Of a stretch of 64,000 nucleotides of DNA, positions 60,808-64,000 are shown one piece after another (the first letter of the stretch is position 1; every line of letters begins with the position of its first letter). The position numbers were made by a program, and so were the translations under genes. The stretch is from Atopobium sp. (GTDB lineage Bacteria; Actinomycetota; Coriobacteriia; Coriobacteriales; Atopobiaceae), in assembly GCA_018363825.1 (NCBI GenBank), contig JAGZNE010000001.1, forward strand, positions 6,620-70,619. Direction: 5' to 3'. Under the pieces are notes generated by a model. The model saw only the letters and a program-made list of their open reading frames with translations. It did no database searches and was not told the origin of the DNA.

Positions 60808-62169
60808 ATGCCCAACCAAAAGCAATTTGACAGCAAAACTGAATCACCCGGTACATCCTCCGGCAAGCAGTCTGACTACTTATTTGCGCTCATTCTTTCC
60901 TTGGTATTTGGCATTTTTGGTATTCCGCAGTTTTATCTTAAAGGCTGGAAATCGGGACTTACCAGGCTTGCTATAAACGCAGCGCTGATTGTTGGCGCAT
61001 TTGCCCTGGCGCAAACACTTGCCTCGCCGTCGATGCTTTCTTACCTTCTACCAGCAATTTTTTCGCTTCCGGTTATCGAAAGCGCTCTGAACCTCATCTA
61101 CGAGGATGCCAGTGCTCCCAAAAAGCTCATAAAAGGCAAGCTCAAACCACATAAACGATACGCCGGAAAACAGAAAGCTGGAATTGCACTAGCCACGCTA
61201 ACAGTAGTACTCTACTTTAGCGCAGCGCTCACGCAACCGCTTCCAACCACCCTATCTACTGCGGGGTCCTCGGGCCAACAAACCGCAGTTCAAGCGCCTG
61301 GCGGGTCCTCGCAATCAGGCTCCAGCGCGCCGTCTGATACCGCACAGGCCAGCGCAAACGTAACTATCAAGTTTATCGACGTTGGCCAGGGAGAAGCCAT
61401 CCTCATTGCACTTCCCGAGAAAACCATGCTCATCGACGCAGGCCCCACAGGATCTGCTCCAAAAATTGCCCAGGTGCTCCAAGAACTTGGTCGAAACAAG
61501 ATTGATTACCTGGTAGCCACCCATCCCGACGAAGATCACATCGGCGGCATGGCGGACGTCATTTCCAACACCCAAATTGGGACCATTTACGCACCAAATA
61601 AAACAAACAACACGGCAACATACAGAAAGTTTCTGGCCGCTATCCAGAACAATAACCTGCAGATAACCCTTGCCGAGGCGGGCACCATCATCGACCAAAT
61701 TGACAGCTACAAGCTAGAAATTCTCTGGCCCAAAAAAGACGCAAATTTCCCCGAAACCAACGATTACTCGATAATCATCAAGCTGACCGTTGGCAACAAA
61801 ACGTTCCTCTTCACGGGAGACGCGCCCACAAATGCCATCTTGAACTCCAATCCAGGTCACATTGACGTGCTCAAACTTTCGCATCACGGCTCCCGAACAG
61901 GCACTACCGAGGTGCTGATTCACAAGCTCTCGCCCACCTACGCCGTCCTCTCGTACGCCGTGAACAACCCCTACGGCCACCCCATGCAGTCGGTCCTGAA
62001 CGCCCTCCGCAAACATTCCGTTGAAGTCTGGGGAACGGGCGCCAATGGAACCATTACCATTACCTGCGATGGTACAAACATTGATATATCTGGCGAGAAA
62101 CCCGGCACAGTGGTAGCTCCAACCTCACAAGATAAATCTGGCACGTCGTCGAAATCGAGGACCAAGTAA
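60808..62169 (+). CDS. TM2-domain / metallo-beta-lactamase-fold (ComEC C-terminal-like) fusion protein
   Basis: N-terminal TM2 motif (FGIFGIPQFYLKGW). A Ser/Gly-rich linker follows, then an MBL motif HPDEDHIGG with downstream His/Asp ligands. Confidence 0.65.
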   Translation: MPNQKQFDSKTESPGTSSGKQSDYLFALILSLVFGIFGIPQFYLKGWKSGLTRLAINAALIVGAFALAQTLASPSMLSYLLPAIFSLPVIESALNLIYEDASAPKKLIKGKLKPHKRYAGKQKAGIALATLTVVLYFSAALTQPLPTTLSTAGSSGQQTAVQAPGGSSQSGSSAPSDTAQASANVTIKFIDVGQGEAILIALPEKTMLIDAGPTGSAPKIAQVLQELGRNKIDYLVATHPDEDHIGGMADVISNTQIGTIYAPNKTNNTATYRKFLAAIQNNNLQITLAEAGTIIDQIDSYKLEILWPKKDANFPETNDYSIIIKLTVGNKTFLFTGDAPTNAILNSNPGHIDVLKLSHHGSRTGTTEVLIHKLSPTYAVLSYAVNNPYGHPMQSVLNALRKHSVEVWGTGANGTITITCDGTNIDISGEKPGTVVAPTSQDKSGTSSKSRTK

Positions 62170-62414
62170 TGAAAGCAATCATTGATCGATTTGAAGACAA
62201 CAATCTTGCCGTGCTTGAACTAGACGATCAACCAGGCAATATGCTTACCGTTTCTGTCGACGAGCTTCCAAGCAATGCTTGTCAGGGTGACGTTCTTTAC
62301 TATCAAGACGGCTCCTGGACGCTAGCCGAGGAAGAAACTGCCCAGCATCAAGCCGATATCGACGAGCTGTTCAACTCTCTGCTTGCGCACGACGATGACG
62401 CGTCAACCGAATAA
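62169..62414 (+). CDS. DUF3006-like small protein
   Basis: 81 aa (MKAIIDRFEDNNLAVLEL...). Its start overlaps the MBL gene stop (ATGA). This pairing is recalled for DUF3006 proteins. Confidence 0.45.
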   Translation: MKAIIDRFEDNNLAVLELDDQPGNMLTVSVDELPSNACQGDVLYYQDGSWTLAEEETAQHQADIDELFNSLLAHDDDASTE

Positions 62415-62691
62415 TCCCAGATAAAAGCAAAAATATGCGATTTTAGAATATTTATAAAACTGCACGTCAACCTATAAATATGCGATTTTCGCATATTTTG
62501 TAATATACCCATCTACCTGCATAAATAAAAAAGACGTCTTGTCGAGAAAGACGTCTGTGTAGAGCACTTTTATCCAAGACAAAATGTGATATATTAAAGA
62601 TTGCTGGTGGCGCAGTTTCGCTCTGCATAGAGGGAGGACACGCCACCCGTTTTATAGAGCCACGATAGCCGCAGCCATTCTCTTCTCATCT

Positions 62692-63177
62692 TCAGCTAGA
62701 AGTACTCGCATCGTCCAACCCCATTGACTCCAGCCATTTTTGCACTTCACCAAAAGTATACGTGCCTTTTGCCGCCAACCCCGGTATCACACGAGAAGCG
62801 CCACATTCTCTCTGATACTCCTCAATCATATTGCCAAATCCTCCGCCACCGTGCGTGCAGAACGGAATGACCGTCTTTCCGCTCAAATCCGTTGCCCGTA
62901 AGAACGAAAGCACTGGAGGAGCAAATGTTTTAAGCCAGTTGGGCGATCCTATAAAGACAGTATCAAAGTCAGCAACATCTATATCGTATTGCATCAGAGC
63001 AGGACAAACGCCTTTTTCTATTTGAGCCCTGACCTCTTTTACCGCCGTGTTATACGAGAAAGAATATGGCTCTTGAGGCTTAAGCTCCAGCAGCTCGGCA
63101 TCGGTAATCAGCGCAATATCCTCCGCAAGCCTTCTTGTGATGCCGGAATACGAATAGTACACAATCAAAGACTTCAT
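62692..63177 (-). CDS. Flavodoxin family protein
   Basis: 161 aa; flavodoxin-like fold N-terminus (LIVYYSYSGIT). Confidence 0.75.
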   Translation of the reverse strand: MKSLIVYYSYSGITRRLAEDIALITDAELLELKPQEPYSFSYNTAVKEVRAQIEKGVCPALMQYDIDVADFDTVFIGSPNWLKTFAPPVLSFLRATDLSGKTVIPFCTHGGGGFGNMIEEYQRECGASRVIPGLAAKGTYTFGEVQKWLESMGLDDASTSS

Positions 63178-63273
63178 GTAAGAATCTCCACCATCAGTCG
63201 AGAAGAACGTGCCGTTGAGGCATTACGTCAAATTATTTGCCACAAGCATACAATGTGATGTCAACAAAATTAG

Positions 63274-64000
63274 TTATGACCAGCGCTTTCCATCTGGATC
63301 TAAATTAGACAACCAATCTATATCCTCTTGAATACGTTGTTTTGATTCTTCACTCTGATCCCAATAGCCGCGTCCAACTGAAATTGGTGCCATGTGGGTA
63401 AATGCCCAGATGTTACCAGGATTTTGAAGTGCAGTTACAATTTCCGGATCACTCACTTTCTCTAATGCAAAATGTTCAAGTTTTCTGACATCCATAACAA
63501 CGCGTATATATTTATCTGTATAACGAGGGATACCTATTGCAGGGACACGTTCGTCCCAATTTGGTGGATGAAGAAAAACTTTTGTACCTGGTAAAAAATG
63601 ACGTGTTCCATGGACTATACGTTTATCCTCACCAATCTTATTTTCATCTCTAACTTCCGCAGTAAGGCACCATACCCATTCTGGAATTTGAGGTGCCTTT
63701 TTAATACATCTAGCAAGTGTTGTATAGAATTTTTTAGTGTCTTCACCAATCGGGACCTGAGACATCTGTCCGTCAAAAAACCTATTACATTTCCAAACAC
63801 CTTCTTTTAATAAGATAAAATCGCAAGCATAAAACAAGTTCCAGGCAATATCCTGAAACTCCCTAATAAGCTTTTTAGGTGGTTTGGGTAAATTAGGGAA
63901 AATAGTTAAGGCTTCTGGCGCTATTGGACTTTTAGAAAATGCTTTACCCTCAAAATAAAAAACTCTCCAAGTCACAGGGATATCATTGTATGAAAGTTGT
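63274..64000 (-). CDS. Hypothetical protein, AT-rich, probably 5'-truncated by the window end
   Basis: The frame stays open to nt 64000, and the annotated GTG start at 63975 may be internal. No family was recognised. Confidence 0.35.
   Translation of the reverse strand, partial: QLSYNDIPVTWRVFYFEGKAFSKSPIAPEALTIFPNLPKPPKKLIREFQDIAWNLFYACDFILLKEGVWKCNRFFDGQMSQVPIGEDTKKFYTTLARCIKKAPQIPEWVWCLTAEVRDENKIGEDKRIVHGTRHFLPGTKVFLHPPNWDERVPAIGIPRYTDKYIRVVMDVRKLEHFALEKVSDPEIVTALQNPGNIWAFTHMAPISVGRGYWDQSEESKQRIQEDIDWLSNLDPDGKRWS

Overview
This 64-kb window comes from a high-GC Gram-positive bacterium. The core GC is roughly 55-60%, an xfp phosphoketolase and an initiator tRNA are present, and the source is probably a Bifidobacteriaceae-like actinobacterium. 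Core genes, in order: a 5'-truncated malic/malolactic enzyme with its AEC permease, nucleoside hydrolase and ribokinase, MgtA behind a ~500-bp leader, two nitroreductases, a MurNAc recycling cluster (murR-murQ-murP plus a DUF871/MupG-like gene), a frameshifted beta-lactamase-family serine hydrolase, FMN reductase, a GAF protein, a VOC protein and PepF. Further along are an Fe-siderophore-type ABC importer with a Fes-like esterase, tRNA-fMet, a MurE-like ligase, xfp, a LacI regulator, a UPF0210 protein, a CobW-type GTPase with a His-rich tail, a Zn-ADH, a DUF218 protein, a CPA1 antiporter, a second esterase, a TM2-MBL protein with DUF3006, and flavodoxin. A ~19-kb low-GC segment (about 21.2-40.5 kb) looks horizontally acquired. 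It carries a cellobiose-type PTS with a GH1 enzyme. It also carries a second lactose/cellobiose-type PTS embedded in an unusual operon with M42 and M24 peptidases, a MalY-type PLP C-S lyase and a PRD regulator. An MmeI-family Type IIL restriction-modification enzyme sits at its right edge, apparently co-transcribed with an unknown 252-aa protein that has a PD-(D/E)xK-like motif. Three interspersed repeat families are present. One forms ~290-bp inverted repeats that bracket xfp. A perfect 20-bp LacI-operator-like palindrome lies in the xfp upstream region. No CRISPR array, rRNA or transposase gene is visible.
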